Assembly (NCBI GenBank): GCA_011772475.1 | Contig: WVZK01000185.1 | Span: 60,648-124,647 of the forward strand | Source: Candidatus Aminicenantes bacterium | Lineage (GTDB): Bacteria > Acidobacteriota > Aminicenantia > Aminicenantales > Aminicenantaceae | Direction: 5' to 3' | Length of the DNA stretch: 64,000 nt | In this document: positions 35,951 through 46,466 of the stretch, in pieces | Layout: each line of letters begins with the position of its first letter | Numbering within the stretch: the stretch's first letter is position 1 | Position numbers and translations under genes: made by a program | Notes under the pieces: model-generated | What the model was told of the DNA's origin: nothing | Seen by the model: only the letters and a program-made list of their open reading frames with translations | The model's database searches: none

Positions 35951-36214
35951 TTAAGAATGTTGATTGGAAAGCTTCTCAGATTTGGAAACTTTATGTAAAA
36001 GAGATTGAACTGTTCTAGAAGCTTGAGCTCCTCTCTCCAGCCAATAATTCGCTTTTTCAATATCAACATTAATTTCAGGTGGTTCCTTTATAGGATCGTA
36101 ATATCCAATAATCTCTTTGGCTTTACTTTCCCTCGGTCTTTCTGAATCGATAACAATGATTCGATAAAAAGGCCTTTTTTTCGCTCCAAGTCTCATAAGT
36201 CGTATTGAAATCAT
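35951..36214 (-). CDS. rpsP: 30S ribosomal protein S16
   Basis: [28 protein letters not shown]. The start at 36214 was chosen because the upstream 22 codons of the ORF have no S16 similarity. Confidence 0.9.
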   Translation of the reverse strand: MISIRLMRLGAKKRPFYRIIVIDSERPRESKAKEIIGYYDPIKEPPEINVDIEKANYWLERGAQASRTVQSLLHKVSKSEKLSNQHS

Positions 36215-36320
36215 TTTCCGTTCATTATTATGTGACGCTATATATAAATAATGTATCTTTGATGGATCAAATACTTCCATCTAAGATAATGAGAGATAAT
36301 ATCTAAATTTTCCCTTTTAG

Positions 36321-37643
36321 TCAACTGACCCTAGAAAGAATTTTTTGAAAGGAAGATTTTTTCATCATTTTTCTCATTTCTATAAATTGCTTCAATAATT
36401 GATTCACCTCAGATACAGGCCTTCCGCTTCCCTTCGCAATTCTCATACGGCGGCTCCCGCTTATTATTTTTGGATTTTCCCTTTCTTCCAGAGTCATGGA
36501 GCTGATAATGGCTTCATAATGAAGAATTTTCTTGCCATCAATTTTCATCTTGGAGACATTCTTGAAAGGACCAGATTCAGGCAATAAACTCAAAATTTGG
36601 GAGAGCGATCCCATCTTTTTCATTTGAACCAGTTGTTTTTTAAAATCTTCTAGGCTGAATTCTTGCTTTCGGAGCTTGCGGGCAAGTGCTTCTGTTTCCT
36701 CTAAGCTAGCCTCCTTCTCTGCCTTTTCGACCAGACTCAAGATATCGCCCATCCCTAGAATCCGAGAAGCCATGCGGTCAGGATGGAAAACTTCGAGCTT
36801 ATCGAATTTCTCCCCCACGCCGATAAATTTTATTGGCTTACCTGTCACTGACACTATTGACAAAGCTGCTCCTCCTCTTGCATCGCCATCAAGCTTGGTT
36901 AAAATAACTGAAGTCAATCCAATTTTTTCCTCAAAGATCTGGGAACTTTTAACTGCATCCTGACCTGTCATAGAATCTCCCACATAGATCACTTCTGTTG
37001 GCTTGAGAATATCTTTCACCATTCGAAGTTCCTTCATAAGGTCATCATCTACATGGAGTCTCCCTGCTGTATCAACGATGAGTGGGTCGAAACCTTTGTT
37101 TGTGGCAAACTTAAGGAGCTCTCTTAGAGCCTCCGGAGGAGAAGACATTTGTTCTTCTGTCATCTCATAGAAGGGAAGGTTGAGCATTTTAGCAATCATC
37201 TTCAATTGCTCTTGAGCAGCCGGCCTTTTCAGATCAAATGAGACAAGAAGAGGATTTTTTTTGAGATTCAAAACCCACTTGGCGAGCTTTCCGCAGGATG
37301 TCGTTTTTCCAGAACCTTGAAGCCCGATCAGCATGAAAATCGATGGTGGATGACTCGAAAATTCCAGCTTTTTTGCTTCCTGCCCTAAAATGGAAGTCAG
37401 TTCATCTCTTACTATCTTGATGACCTGCTGAGCAGGAGTAAGACTCGAGAGAACTTTCTCGTCCAGTGCTTTATTCCTGATTCTCTCTTCAAAATCTTTC
37501 ACCACTCGATAGTTAACATCAGACTCAAGAAAGGTCAGACGAATCATCCTCAAGGCCTCAGCCATATTTTTCTCAGTGATCTTTCCTTCACCGCGGAGAA
37601 ATTTCATGACCTTCTGGAGGCGATTCGATAATTGATCAAGCAT
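36321..37643 (-). CDS. ffh: Signal recognition particle protein
   Basis: GLQGSGKTT, DTAGR, TKLDGDARGG, and a Met-rich M domain. Confidence 0.95.
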   Translation of the reverse strand: MLDQLSNRLQKVMKFLRGEGKITEKNMAEALRMIRLTFLESDVNYRVVKDFEERIRNKALDEKVLSSLTPAQQVIKIVRDELTSILGQEAKKLEFSSHPPSIFMLIGLQGSGKTTSCGKLAKWVLNLKKNPLLVSFDLKRPAAQEQLKMIAKMLNLPFYEMTEEQMSSPPEALRELLKFATNKGFDPLIVDTAGRLHVDDDLMKELRMVKDILKPTEVIYVGDSMTGQDAVKSSQIFEEKIGLTSVILTKLDGDARGGAALSIVSVTGKPIKFIGVGEKFDKLEVFHPDRMASRILGMGDILSLVEKAEKEASLEETEALARKLRKQEFSLEDFKKQLVQMKKMGSLSQILSLLPESGPFKNVSKMKIDGKKILHYEAIISSMTLEERENPKIISGSRRMRIAKGSGRPVSEVNQLLKQFIEMRKMMKKSSFQKILSRVS

Positions 37644-37719
37644 ATTCTTCCTCCGGACTCAAGCCGTAATATCGAGAAGAAAAATTCTTCGACTTTTGAC
37701 TGTCCAGGCTCTCTCATAA

Positions 37720-37766
37720 TAAGGTCTAACCCCAGTAAAGTCAACGGCATCAACGGGGTCAGACCT
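37720..37766. repeat. Variant GC-rich inverted repeat AAGGTCTAACCCC / GGGGTCAGACCTT separated by 21 nt
   Basis: 13-nt arms are complementary with one mismatch. Located in the divergent ffh/accB intergenic region. The arm sequence is related to the pair at 55179-55254. Confidence 0.7.
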
Positions 37767-37979
37767 TTCAAACTCTTATAATTTGAATTTCTAAAAGAAA
37801 AAAGGAAAGAAATTATTTATTTAAAAAGATAAGTTAAAAAAATTAATATTATAAAAGTTTGAAAGATACGATCCCACTTGACATTTTTTTGTATTGTGAT
37901 TAAGGTATTACTAATTTTTTTCAAGATAGCTATGAAGTGGATAGTGAGGTTTCCTTCTCATGCATCTTGAGGAGATGAA

Positions 37980-38453
37980 ATGAGCTTGAAGATAGACTAC
38001 AAAGAAATAAACAAGATCATACGTCTGATGGAAGAGAAAAACTTATCTCATTTTGAGCTGGAAGTGGAAGGCTTAAAGATCAAGATAGGCAGAAACCTCG
38101 CTTCAGCTTTGGCTTCAGAGCCCGCTCCTGTTCTCGAGGTATCGACAGATACACAAGAAAAATCAAACAATACGCCAGTTGAACCCATACCACAGGAAGG
38201 AAAGAATGATCTTTACTACATCACATCTCCGATGGTCGGGACTTTTTACAGCGCTCCGGACCCCTCTTCTCCTCCCTTTGTTGAGATTGGAGACTCAGTG
38301 AAGAAAAACCAAACTCTCTGTATTATAGAAGCGATGAAATTGATGAATGAAATTGAATCAGAGGTTGACGGCACGCTCATGAAAGTTTTTATTGAGAACG
38401 GAAAGCCTGTCGAATACGGGCAAAGATTGTTTGCAATCCAGCCACTCTCCTAA
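37980..38453 (+). CDS. accB: Acetyl-CoA carboxylase biotin carboxyl carrier protein
   Basis: Biotinylation motif CIIEAMKLMNEIE. Pro/Ala-rich linker. Confidence 0.9.
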   Translation: MSLKIDYKEINKIIRLMEEKNLSHFELEVEGLKIKIGRNLASALASEPAPVLEVSTDTQEKSNNTPVEPIPQEGKNDLYYITSPMVGTFYSAPDPSSPPFVEIGDSVKKNQTLCIIEAMKLMNEIESEVDGTLMKVFIENGKPVEYGQRLFAIQPLS

Positions 38454-38459
38454 TCCTAG

Positions 38460-39821
38460 ATGTTTTCTAAAATCTTAATTGCAAACCGCGGGGAGATTGC
38501 CCTGCGCATTATCCGGGCCGCCCGAGAACTGGGCTTAAAAACTGTTGCCGTCTTCTCTGAACCAGACAAGAATTCTCTCCACACCATGCTTGCCGATGAA
38601 AAAATCTGCATAGGTCCGGCCAAAGCATCCGAAAGCTACCTCAACATTCCCAATCTTATTAGTGCTGCTGAGATTACTAAAGCGGATGCCATTCATCCTG
38701 GCTATGGATTCCTGGCGGAAAATCCTCGTTTCCCCGAAATCTGCGAAACCTCAGGCATAACTTTCATCGGGCCTCCCGGTTCTATCATGAGGCTCATGGG
38801 AGATAAAAACAGAGCTCGACAAGAGATGGAAAAAGCCAAGTTGCCGGTGATTCCTGGCGGCGATAATTCTACTGAAGACATATCTGAGGCCAAAAAAATC
38901 GCAAAAAAGATCGGCTACCCTATTATCCTCAAGGCAGCCGCCGGTGGTGGAGGAAAAGGCATGAGAGTCGTCCGATCTGCCTCTAATCTTGAAGAACAGT
39001 TTTCCATAGCCCAAAATGAGGCAAAAGCCGCCTTTGGTGACTCTTCTCTGTATCTGGAAAAATATTTGCACAAAGCCCGCCATATAGAAATTCAAGTTAT
39101 AGGTGACACAAAGGGAAATGTTCTCGCCCTGGGAGAAAGAGAATGCTCAATCCAGAGAAAATACCAAAAACTGCTGGAAGAGACACCTTCCCCATTCATA
39201 GATGAAAAATTCCGGAAAAAGTTGATAAAAGCTGTCCACGATGCGGCCCATTTCATTGGCTATCAGAGTTTGGGGACATTTGAGTTCTTGGTGGATGATA
39301 GAAAAAAATACTATTTCATGGAAGCTAACACTCGAGTACAAGTAGAACATCCTATTACAGAAATGGTTTACGCTATCGACCTGATTAAAGAGCAAATCAA
39401 AATAGCCGCGGGTAATAAGCTCTCACTCTCCCCTGATTTGAGATTGAGCGGTCATAGTATTGAATGCCGGATAAATGCAGAAGACGCGGAAACGTTTATT
39501 CCTTCCCCCGGAAAAATCGACTTTTTGTCTTTTCCTGGCGGGGAAGGTATCCGGGTGGATTCCGCAGCTTATAACAACTGGCAAATTCCCCCTGACTACG
39601 ACTCTCTTGTGGCTAAAATTGTGGCCAAGGCGCCAACAAGAGAAGAGGCTATCAAAAAAATGATAGTAGCTTTAGAGATGACAACCATTTCTGGCATAAA
39701 AACAAACATTCCTCTTCATTTGGCAATTCTTTCCAACTCGGATTTTATCAAAGGAGACTATGATATCCAGTTTATGGAAAAATTCCTCGACAAAATGAAT
39801 TCGTCAAGGAAGAAGGGGTAA
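38460..39821 (+). CDS. accC: Acetyl-CoA carboxylase biotin carboxylase subunit
   Basis: ILIANRGEIALRIIRA, GGGGKGMRVV, EMNTRVQVEHP-like (EANTRVQVEHP). Confidence 0.95.
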   Translation: MFSKILIANRGEIALRIIRAARELGLKTVAVFSEPDKNSLHTMLADEKICIGPAKASESYLNIPNLISAAEITKADAIHPGYGFLAENPRFPEICETSGITFIGPPGSIMRLMGDKNRARQEMEKAKLPVIPGGDNSTEDISEAKKIAKKIGYPIILKAAAGGGGKGMRVVRSASNLEEQFSIAQNEAKAAFGDSSLYLEKYLHKARHIEIQVIGDTKGNVLALGERECSIQRKYQKLLEETPSPFIDEKFRKKLIKAVHDAAHFIGYQSLGTFEFLVDDRKKYYFMEANTRVQVEHPITEMVYAIDLIKEQIKIAAGNKLSLSPDLRLSGHSIECRINAEDAETFIPSPGKIDFLSFPGGEGIRVDSAAYNNWQIPPDYDSLVAKIVAKAPTREEAIKKMIVALEMTTISGIKTNIPLHLAILSNSDFIKGDYDIQFMEKFLDKMNSSRKKG

Positions 39822-40415
39822 ATAGATTATAACTTCAAACTCGCCAGAATTATCGCCGACGACATTCTCATTGATCCCCAAAAAAAGACGTCCGCTGATT
39901 GGCATCTTGACCTGATTTGCCGAACCTATATAAAACTTCTCAATGATCTCGTGGCGAATCTGTTCGCCAGTTTCCTCATCGACTTCAATAGAAATAAGCC
40001 AGACTACTTTCCCTATTAAAGCCCCTATATTTTTATCTGAAATTGGCTGCTGCATGGTTTTACGGTCCATGCCATCAGGTCCGCACCAAGCCATCGGGTT
40101 TCCCCTCTGCAGAGAAATTTGCTTCTGTGCGCTAAAATAAATTTTCTGATCTTCTTTCACTTCAAGACCGGTATCTGTCCAATCCACATTACCCAAAATA
40201 GTTACTTGGGCAACTTCCTTCCACTCTAAATCGGTGAGCGCCTCCTGTTCCTTGGCCAAAGCATCTTCCCTATCCATAAAAGAGTTTTCAACTGAAACAC
40301 TGCTAGAGACTAAAAGAAAGAACAAAGAGGGAACAACCAGCAGTAACCAGCACGGGACAACAAACAAACTTCTTTTAGCTCCGGACCTTAGCAATGTTTT
40401 TTTCTTATTACTCAT
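39804..40415 (-). CDS. Exported or membrane-anchored protein of unknown function (possible beta-sandwich, PA-IL-like; tentative)
   Basis: N-terminal anchor. The segment VDWTDTGLEV..DQKIYFSA...GPDG...GRLFLGINENVVGDNSGEFEV is reminiscent of lectin-like domains but unverified. Confidence 0.4.
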   Translation of the reverse strand: MSNKKKTLLRSGAKRSLFVVPCWLLLVVPSLFFLLVSSSVSVENSFMDREDALAKEQEALTDLEWKEVAQVTILGNVDWTDTGLEVKEDQKIYFSAQKQISLQRGNPMAWCGPDGMDRKTMQQPISDKNIGALIGKVVWLISIEVDEETGEQIRHEIIEKFYIGSANQVKMPISGRLFLGINENVVGDNSGEFEVIIYLPLLP

Positions 40416-40489
40416 TTTATCCTTTTCTCGTTACCTATTTTATCTTTTTCGCTTTGGTTTGTATATTTTAATCAAATTTTCTGCCTTTG

Positions 40490-41290
40490 CTACTTATTCT
40501 TAACTTTCGCATTTTCCATTAGAAGAATATCCACCATCTGCTGGTGAATTAAACCGTTGGTCGCCAAAATTTCAGTGTCAAAAATGCTGAATTCGCCATT
40601 CTTAAAATCAGAAATTCGGGCTCCCCCTTCTTGGGCAATCAGAGCTCCTGCAGCCATATCCCAGGGCTGAAGCTTCAATTCCCAGAAGCCATCAAACCTA
40701 CCGCAGGCTACGTAGCAGAGATCCATCGCCGCTGAGCCACAGCGTCGGACCCCCTGGACTCGAATCACGAAATTATTAAAATGGACGATGTTGTTCACTT
40801 CGCTCACCCGAATATCATAAGGAAATCCCGTGGCAATAAGACTCTTGTCCAATTCATCAACAGAAGAGACCTTAATCTCATTTCCGTTGAGAAACGCTCC
40901 TTCTCCCTTTACTGCCGAGAACATCTCTCCCCTCATGGGATCGTAAACTACTCCAAGAATGATCTCACCTTTCCTTTCTAAAGCTATCGATACACAAAAG
41001 ATAGGAAAGTTATGAGCATAATTTGTCGTGCCATCAAGAGGATCAATTATCCACCTAAATCCTGCGCCTTCCTGTTTGCTCAGCCCTTCCTCAGCTAAAA
41101 AATCATGGCTAGGAAAACAGGATGAAAGATGCTTGAAAATTGCCTGCTGTGCTTGATTATCAAAATTCGTGACTAAATCTACAGTCCCTTTAAAAAAGAT
41201 TTCGCTGGACTTATCGATATTTTCTCTGAGAAGGCGTCCGGCTTCTTGAGCAGCTTCCTTTGCAGCTTCTAAATATCTATCCATGTTCAT
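40490..41290 (-). CDS. suhB: Inositol monophosphatase family protein
   Basis: WIIDPLDGTTNYAHNFP and WDMAAG motifs. Confidence 0.85.
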   Translation of the reverse strand: MNMDRYLEAAKEAAQEAGRLLRENIDKSSEIFFKGTVDLVTNFDNQAQQAIFKHLSSCFPSHDFLAEEGLSKQEGAGFRWIIDPLDGTTNYAHNFPIFCVSIALERKGEIILGVVYDPMRGEMFSAVKGEGAFLNGNEIKVSSVDELDKSLIATGFPYDIRVSEVNNIVHFNNFVIRVQGVRRCGSAAMDLCYVACGRFDGFWELKLQPWDMAAGALIAQEGGARISDFKNGEFSIFDTEILATNGLIHQQMVDILLMENAKVKNK

Positions 41291-41410
41291 GACTCTTCAA
41301 TATTACCAACTCTCGAGTTTTCTATCAACCTCCACAGGACTAACTCTCCTAAACCTTTTGCCTTTTAAGTCGTATTATAATATGATATTGAGGCCTGAGA
41401 AGAAGAGGAT

Positions 41411-42646
41411 ATGAACAAAAAAAGAAGCTTCTTCAAGAGGAGAAAAAAAGCAATCATAATTTTTGCTATTATCATATTTATCGGGATTATAATCATCTTC
41501 AACCTCCAATCTCAAAGAGAAAAAAGCATAAAAGTGACCGTGGAGAAGGCTGAAAAGCATGACTTGACTTCGAAAATTTCGGCATCGGGAGAAGTCAAGC
41601 CCAAAAAAAATGTGAATATCAGTGCTCATATACCAGGAAGAATCGTAAAAATAGGAGTAGAAGAAGGTCAAAGAGTGAAGGCAGAAGATTTTCTCCTAAA
41701 ACTTGACTCAACTCAATACGAGGCTAACGCTGACCGGGCCCAGGCTCTTATTCATTCTCATAGGGCTGACCTCATAAGGGCAGAAGCAGCACTGAAAAAA
41801 GATGAAAGTTTCTATAAGAGATACCAGAAACTTTTTGAGGAAGAACTTATCTCTGAAGAACAGCTGGAAGCAGCAAAAGCTCAATATGATATCTCCAAAG
41901 CACAGCAGCAAGCCATCCTTTATCAAATCGAGCAGGCCCAGGCATCTCTCGAAAGCGCCATGGATGACTTGAGCAAAACGGTCTACAACTCCCCGATTGA
42001 TGGAATTATCACCAGCCTGCGAGTTGAAGAGGGGGAGATCGCTATGATCGGCACGATGAACAATCCCGGAACAATTCTGATGACAATAGCCGACCTTTCT
42101 GTGATGGAAGTCGAGGTTGAAGTTGATGAAACCGATGTAATTGGAGTCAAGATCAGACAGCAGGCTGAGGTAAGAGTCGATGCCTTCCCTGACCAAACCA
42201 TCCAAGGAAAAGTGACTGAAATCGGAAGCTCTGCCCTTCAAAAAGTGACTTCATCTGAGGAATCTAAGGATTTTAAAGTTATCATAACTCTGGAAAATCC
42301 TCCAGAGAACCTTAAGCCTGGCCTCTCAGCCACAACAGATATCATCACCGCTGAAAAACAAGATGTCCTTGCTATCCCGATTTCTGCATTAGTTTTAAGA
42401 GAAAAAGAGAGCAAAGAAGAAGAAAAAAAAGATAAAAAGGATGAACAGGAAGAAGGAGTCTATGCCGTCGAGGAAAATCGGGCCAAATTTTTTCCCGTGG
42501 AAAAGGGAATCATGGGTGAGATGATGATAGAAATCACCACTGGGCTTGAAGAAGGACAAGATATTGTTGTCGGCCCTTACAGCGCACTCCGCCAGCTTAA
42601 AGATGATATACTGCTCAAAACAGAAGAAAAGAAAAAGGAAGAATAA
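41411..42646 (+). CDS. HlyD/MacA-type periplasmic adaptor (membrane fusion protein)
   Basis: N-terminal anchor, lipoyl-like and coiled-coil hairpin segments, beta-barrel C-terminus. Abuts an ABC ATPase. Confidence 0.8.
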   Translation: MNKKRSFFKRRKKAIIIFAIIIFIGIIIIFNLQSQREKSIKVTVEKAEKHDLTSKISASGEVKPKKNVNISAHIPGRIVKIGVEEGQRVKAEDFLLKLDSTQYEANADRAQALIHSHRADLIRAEAALKKDESFYKRYQKLFEEELISEEQLEAAKAQYDISKAQQQAILYQIEQAQASLESAMDDLSKTVYNSPIDGIITSLRVEEGEIAMIGTMNNPGTILMTIADLSVMEVEVEVDETDVIGVKIRQQAEVRVDAFPDQTIQGKVTEIGSSALQKVTSSEESKDFKVIITLENPPENLKPGLSATTDIITAEKQDVLAIPISALVLREKESKEEEKKDKKDEQEEGVYAVEENRAKFFPVEKGIMGEMMIEITTGLEEGQDIVVGPYSALRQLKDDILLKTEEKKKEE

Positions 42647-43347
42647 TGGAAAGCGCCAACAACATCATTATCTCCACAGAAAACCTCTGGAAAATATATC
42701 AATTGGGAAAGCAGGAAGTTAATGCCCTCCGCGAGGCGACATTCAATATTTCCCAAGGCGAATTTGTGGCCATCATGGGCCCCTCAGGTTCTGGAAAATC
42801 AACCCTGATGAACATACTGGGATGTCTCGATACTCCCACGAAGGGAAACTATTATTTAAGGGGAAAATTAGTCAGCACCTTAAATGATAATGAACTCGCT
42901 TACATCCGTAATAACGAGATCGGTTTTGTCTTTCAGGTCTTTAACCTCCTTGCTCGAGCCACAGCTTTCCACAATGTGGAGCTTCCCCTTATTTATAAAG
43001 GAGCCAAGAAGAAAGTAAGGGAAGAAAAGACACGTAAAGCGCTGGAAATGGTGGAGATGTCGGATAGAATGAATCATCGCCCTTCTGAACTCTCGGGAGG
43101 TGAAAGGCAGAGAGTGGCTATTGCCCGCGCTCTGGTCAATGAACCTTCTCTCCTCCTCGCGGATGAACCTACGGGTAATCTTGACTCCAAAACAGGGCTT
43201 GAAATCATAAACCTTTTCCGCAAAATACATTCGCAGGGAAACACGATTATTGTGGTCACCCATGAGAGAGAAATTGCCGATCACGCTCACCGGATTATAT
43301 TCTTAAAAGATGGAAGGATTGTAAGAGAGGAGCGGAAAGGAGAATAA
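42646..43347 (+). CDS. MacB/LolD-type ABC transporter ATP-binding protein
   Basis: GPSGSGKST Walker [16 protein letters not shown] signature, [12 protein letters not shown] Walker B. Confidence 0.9.
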   Translation: MESANNIIISTENLWKIYQLGKQEVNALREATFNISQGEFVAIMGPSGSGKSTLMNILGCLDTPTKGNYYLRGKLVSTLNDNELAYIRNNEIGFVFQVFNLLARATAFHNVELPLIYKGAKKKVREEKTRKALEMVEMSDRMNHRPSELSGGERQRVAIARALVNEPSLLLADEPTGNLDSKTGLEIINLFRKIHSQGNTIIVVTHEREIADHAHRIIFLKDGRIVREERKGE

Positions 43348-43350
43348 TAC

Positions 43351-44058
43351 ATGAATATTTTCAATCGTCTCCAAGGAATATTCTTCAACCCGAAGCTAGC
43401 CATGAAAGCTATTTCCGAAAAGCCAATCTGGATCGATGCCCTGATTATTCTCCTCATCGCTTGGGCCCTTTTCAACTACATTACAGCTCCTCACCTTCAA
43501 AAAGATACCGTTCAACTTCTTGAAAGCAGCACCAAGCTAAGAGAAAGGATGGGGGAAGATAGATTTAAAGACATGATCGACCGCACAAAGAATCCTTCAA
43601 CGGCCCGCATTCTTCTGAGTAACTTATTACAAAAACCAGCGACTCTAATCATCGGTTTTCTCTTCTCGAGCTTGATTATTCTTGCCATGAGCCGGATGTT
43701 TTCGACAGTAGGCAACTATAAACAGGTTCTCTCAGCCGTACTTCACGCAAATTTCATCGACAAAATCTTGGGTAATGCCCTGCGCTTAATCCTGATTCTC
43801 ACCCGAAAATCTTTTATGCAGACCTCCACAAGCTTAGCCATCTTCTTCCCGAAGTTGGAGATAACTTCTCCCGCCTTTATTATCCTGAGCCAGGTTGACT
43901 TTTTCCAGCTCTGGCTTTTTGGAGTTCTCAGCTTTGGTCTTTCTTTTATCTTCAAGATTGAATTAAAGAAAGCCCTTATCTTATCTTACAGTTTTTGGTT
44001 TCTAAAAAGTCTCCTCTACATTGCGTATGGCCTGATTTCTATTCGGTTTATAGTATAA
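43351..44058 (+). CDS. Yip1-like multi-pass membrane protein
   Basis: Soluble N-terminus (NRLQGIFFNPKLAMKAI) followed by about 5 hydrophobic helices. The start is 3 nt after the ATPase stop. Confidence 0.45.
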   Translation: MNIFNRLQGIFFNPKLAMKAISEKPIWIDALIILLIAWALFNYITAPHLQKDTVQLLESSTKLRERMGEDRFKDMIDRTKNPSTARILLSNLLQKPATLIIGFLFSSLIILAMSRMFSTVGNYKQVLSAVLHANFIDKILGNALRLILILTRKSFMQTSTSLAIFFPKLEITSPAFIILSQVDFFQLWLFGVLSFGLSFIFKIELKKALILSYSFWFLKSLLYIAYGLISIRFIV

Positions 44059-44277
44059 AGTCAAAAGAGGTTGGATACCCTAAGCGGAAAGATAGCGGCA
44101 GATTTTGTCCCACGTCCAAAAGAAGATTTCCCTAAAAAGTTAGTCGGAAACTTCGGGCACTAAACACCAACAAAAGCATGCCAAGGAGATAAGAAAAATT
44201 GATGGGATTGAGGAGAAAACAGATTCTCGCACTTCTGATATTTATAACTCTTCTTGTGCTTCTGCTGTTGATAAAAA

Positions 44278-45201
44278 TTGGAATCTAAAACAAAAAACCT
44301 AATCATTATTCTAGGTCCCACTGGAGTTGGCAAAAGCTCCACGGCAGTTAAGCTGGCAAAAGAATTAAAGGGGGAAATAATAAATTGTGACTCCATGCAG
44401 GTCTATAAAAACTTTGATATCGGAACAGATAAAATTCTCCTTGAAAAAAGAGAAAATATCCCTCATCATCTCCTGGATGTTGTAAGCCCCTCGACCCAAT
44501 TTACGGCAGCAGACTTCGCCCAGTTGGCTTTAAAAACTGCAAATGCTATCTTAAAGCGGAAAAAACTTCCTCTGATCGTAGGAGGAACCGGTTTATACTT
44601 AAAGGCTCTCCTCGACGGCCTTTTCCCAGGAGGAGTAAGTGATCCAAAGCTTCGCCAGAAACTGGAAAGCAAAGCCAAGAAGAAAGGGCTGGACACTTTA
44701 AGAAAGAAACTCAAGGAAGTAGACCCTGTCTATCATCAAAAGATCGGAGAGAAAGACAAAGTAAGGATAATACGAGCTTTAGAAGTCTTCTACTTAACTC
44801 AAAAGCCTTTATCCGAGCAATTCTTGAACACCAAATCTTATGTTAAAGATTTTAATATAATAAAAATTGGGTTAAAATTAGAAAGAAAGGAACTCTACAG
44901 AAGAATTGAAGAAAGAGTAGATAAAATGTTCGAAAGTGGTATAACAAAGGAAGTGGAAGAACTTCTCCAAAAGGGAGTCGAAGAAAATTCTCCTCCCTTC
45001 CGTGCTCTTGGGTACAAATATGTCTTAAAACTTCTCAAAAAAGAAATTCCTCTGGAGGAAGCCCTCGCGTTGACCAAAAGAGACACACGCCGCTATGCAA
45101 AAAGACAGATGACATGGTTCAGGAAAATGGAGGGAATCATGTGGCTTTCTCCCCATGACTTCCCTTCGATTCTGGAATATGCTAAGAGCAACTTAAGCTA
45201 A
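44278..45201 (+). CDS. miaA: tRNA dimethylallyltransferase
   Basis: ILGPTGVGKSSTAVKLAK P-loop, INCDSMQVYK, GGTGLYLKAL. Confidence 0.9.
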   Translation: MESKTKNLIIILGPTGVGKSSTAVKLAKELKGEIINCDSMQVYKNFDIGTDKILLEKRENIPHHLLDVVSPSTQFTAADFAQLALKTANAILKRKKLPLIVGGTGLYLKALLDGLFPGGVSDPKLRQKLESKAKKKGLDTLRKKLKEVDPVYHQKIGEKDKVRIIRALEVFYLTQKPLSEQFLNTKSYVKDFNIIKIGLKLERKELYRRIEERVDKMFESGITKEVEELLQKGVEENSPPFRALGYKYVLKLLKKEIPLEEALALTKRDTRRYAKRQMTWFRKMEGIMWLSPHDFPSILEYAKSNLS

Positions 45202-45203
45202 AA

Positions 45204-46466
45204 ATGGAAAAAGCCATCCTCGTCCATCTCGCTACGAATAAAAAAGAAAAAGCGGAAGCGGAAGAATCCATGCGAGAACTGAAAGGACTAGCCCGAACAG
45301 CCGGAGCTGAAGTAGCTGGAGAAATATTCCAATTCCGGCCCGAGATCAGTCCAAAATACCTTATAGGAGAAGGAAAAGTATCAGAAATTATTCGCTCGAA
45401 AGAAGATATTGAGGCCAATCTTATCATCTTCGACCATAACCTTAGCCCAATCCAGCAGCAAAACCTAGAAGACGAGATTCAGACTAAGGTCATAGATAGA
45501 ACCCAGCTGATCCTTGACATATTCGCTCAACGAGCCAGAAGCAAGGAGGGAAAACTTCAGGTAGAGCTTGCTCAGCTCAATTATCTCCTTCCGCGTTTAC
45601 TGGGTAAGGGAGAAGCCCTCTCCCGTTTAGGAGGGGGGATTGGCACCCGTGGCCCTGGGGAGAAAAAACTCGAAGAAGACAGGCGGAGAATTCAGGATAG
45701 AATCTCCAAGATAAAAAAGGAAATGGTTAATCTCCAAAGACGGCGGGCCAGCCAAAGAAAAAGCAGAAAAAAAAGTCCGGTGCCGGTTGTCTCGCTTGTG
45801 GGATACACGAATGCAGGAAAATCTACATTATTCAATTGCCTCTCCAGGGAGAAGATGTTTACCTCTCCCCAGCTCTTCGCAACTCTTGACCCGATCCTGC
45901 GCCGGGTGAGTTTCTCGGACGGCCTTTATTTTTTCTTGAGTGATACGGTCGGGTTCATCAAAAAAATCCCTGTTGAGCTTATAACATCCTTCAAGGCTAC
46001 CTTAGAAGAGCTGAAGGAAGCTGATTGCATTCTCCATATTATTGATATGACTTCAGCTAACTATGAAAGTCAGGTCGAAGCAGTAGAGAAGACTCTATCC
46101 GAGATAGGTGTTCACGACCTACCTATTATCAAAGTTTTTAACAAAGTCGATCTTTTGCCCAACCATGAAGAGCTTCTCAAGAAAAATAAAAGCTCTGACG
46201 GCCCCATCGTCTACTTATCAGCAAAAACAGGGGATGGAGTCCAAAGCCTGAAAGAATACCTCAGGTCTTTACTCTTTAAAAACCTGGAATTATTTTATCT
46301 GCGTATCCCTAAATCAAAAAGTGAATTAATTAATTCTTTTTCGAATTGGACTATGATATTAAAAAGAAGAGAAAACGGCGATTTTTTTGAGTTGAAGATC
46401 ATGGCTGATCCGCGCTCTATTCTGAATTACTCGCCTTATATAAAAAGAGGAGAAAAAAATTGGTGA
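45204..46466 (+). CDS. hflX: GTPase HflX
   Basis: GYTNAGKSTLFN (G1), DTVGF (G3), NKVD (G4). Conserved miaA-hflX order. Confidence 0.9.
   Translation: MEKAILVHLATNKKEKAEAEESMRELKGLARTAGAEVAGEIFQFRPEISPKYLIGEGKVSEIIRSKEDIEANLIIFDHNLSPIQQQNLEDEIQTKVIDRTQLILDIFAQRARSKEGKLQVELAQLNYLLPRLLGKGEALSRLGGGIGTRGPGEKKLEEDRRRIQDRISKIKKEMVNLQRRRASQRKSRKKSPVPVVSLVGYTNAGKSTLFNCLSREKMFTSPQLFATLDPILRRVSFSDGLYFFLSDTVGFIKKIPVELITSFKATLEELKEADCILHIIDMTSANYESQVEAVEKTLSEIGVHDLPIIKVFNKVDLLPNHEELLKKNKSSDGPIVYLSAKTGDGVQSLKEYLRSLLFKNLELFYLRIPKSKSELINSFSNWTMILKRRENGDFFELKIMADPRSILNYSPYIKRGEKNW

Noticed and set aside
44165-44185. Sigma-54-like TTGGCATGCTTTTGTT on the minus strand
   Set aside because: The -12 element is TTGT rather than TTGC. 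No minus-strand gene lies downstream, because the Yip1-like gene there is on the + strand.
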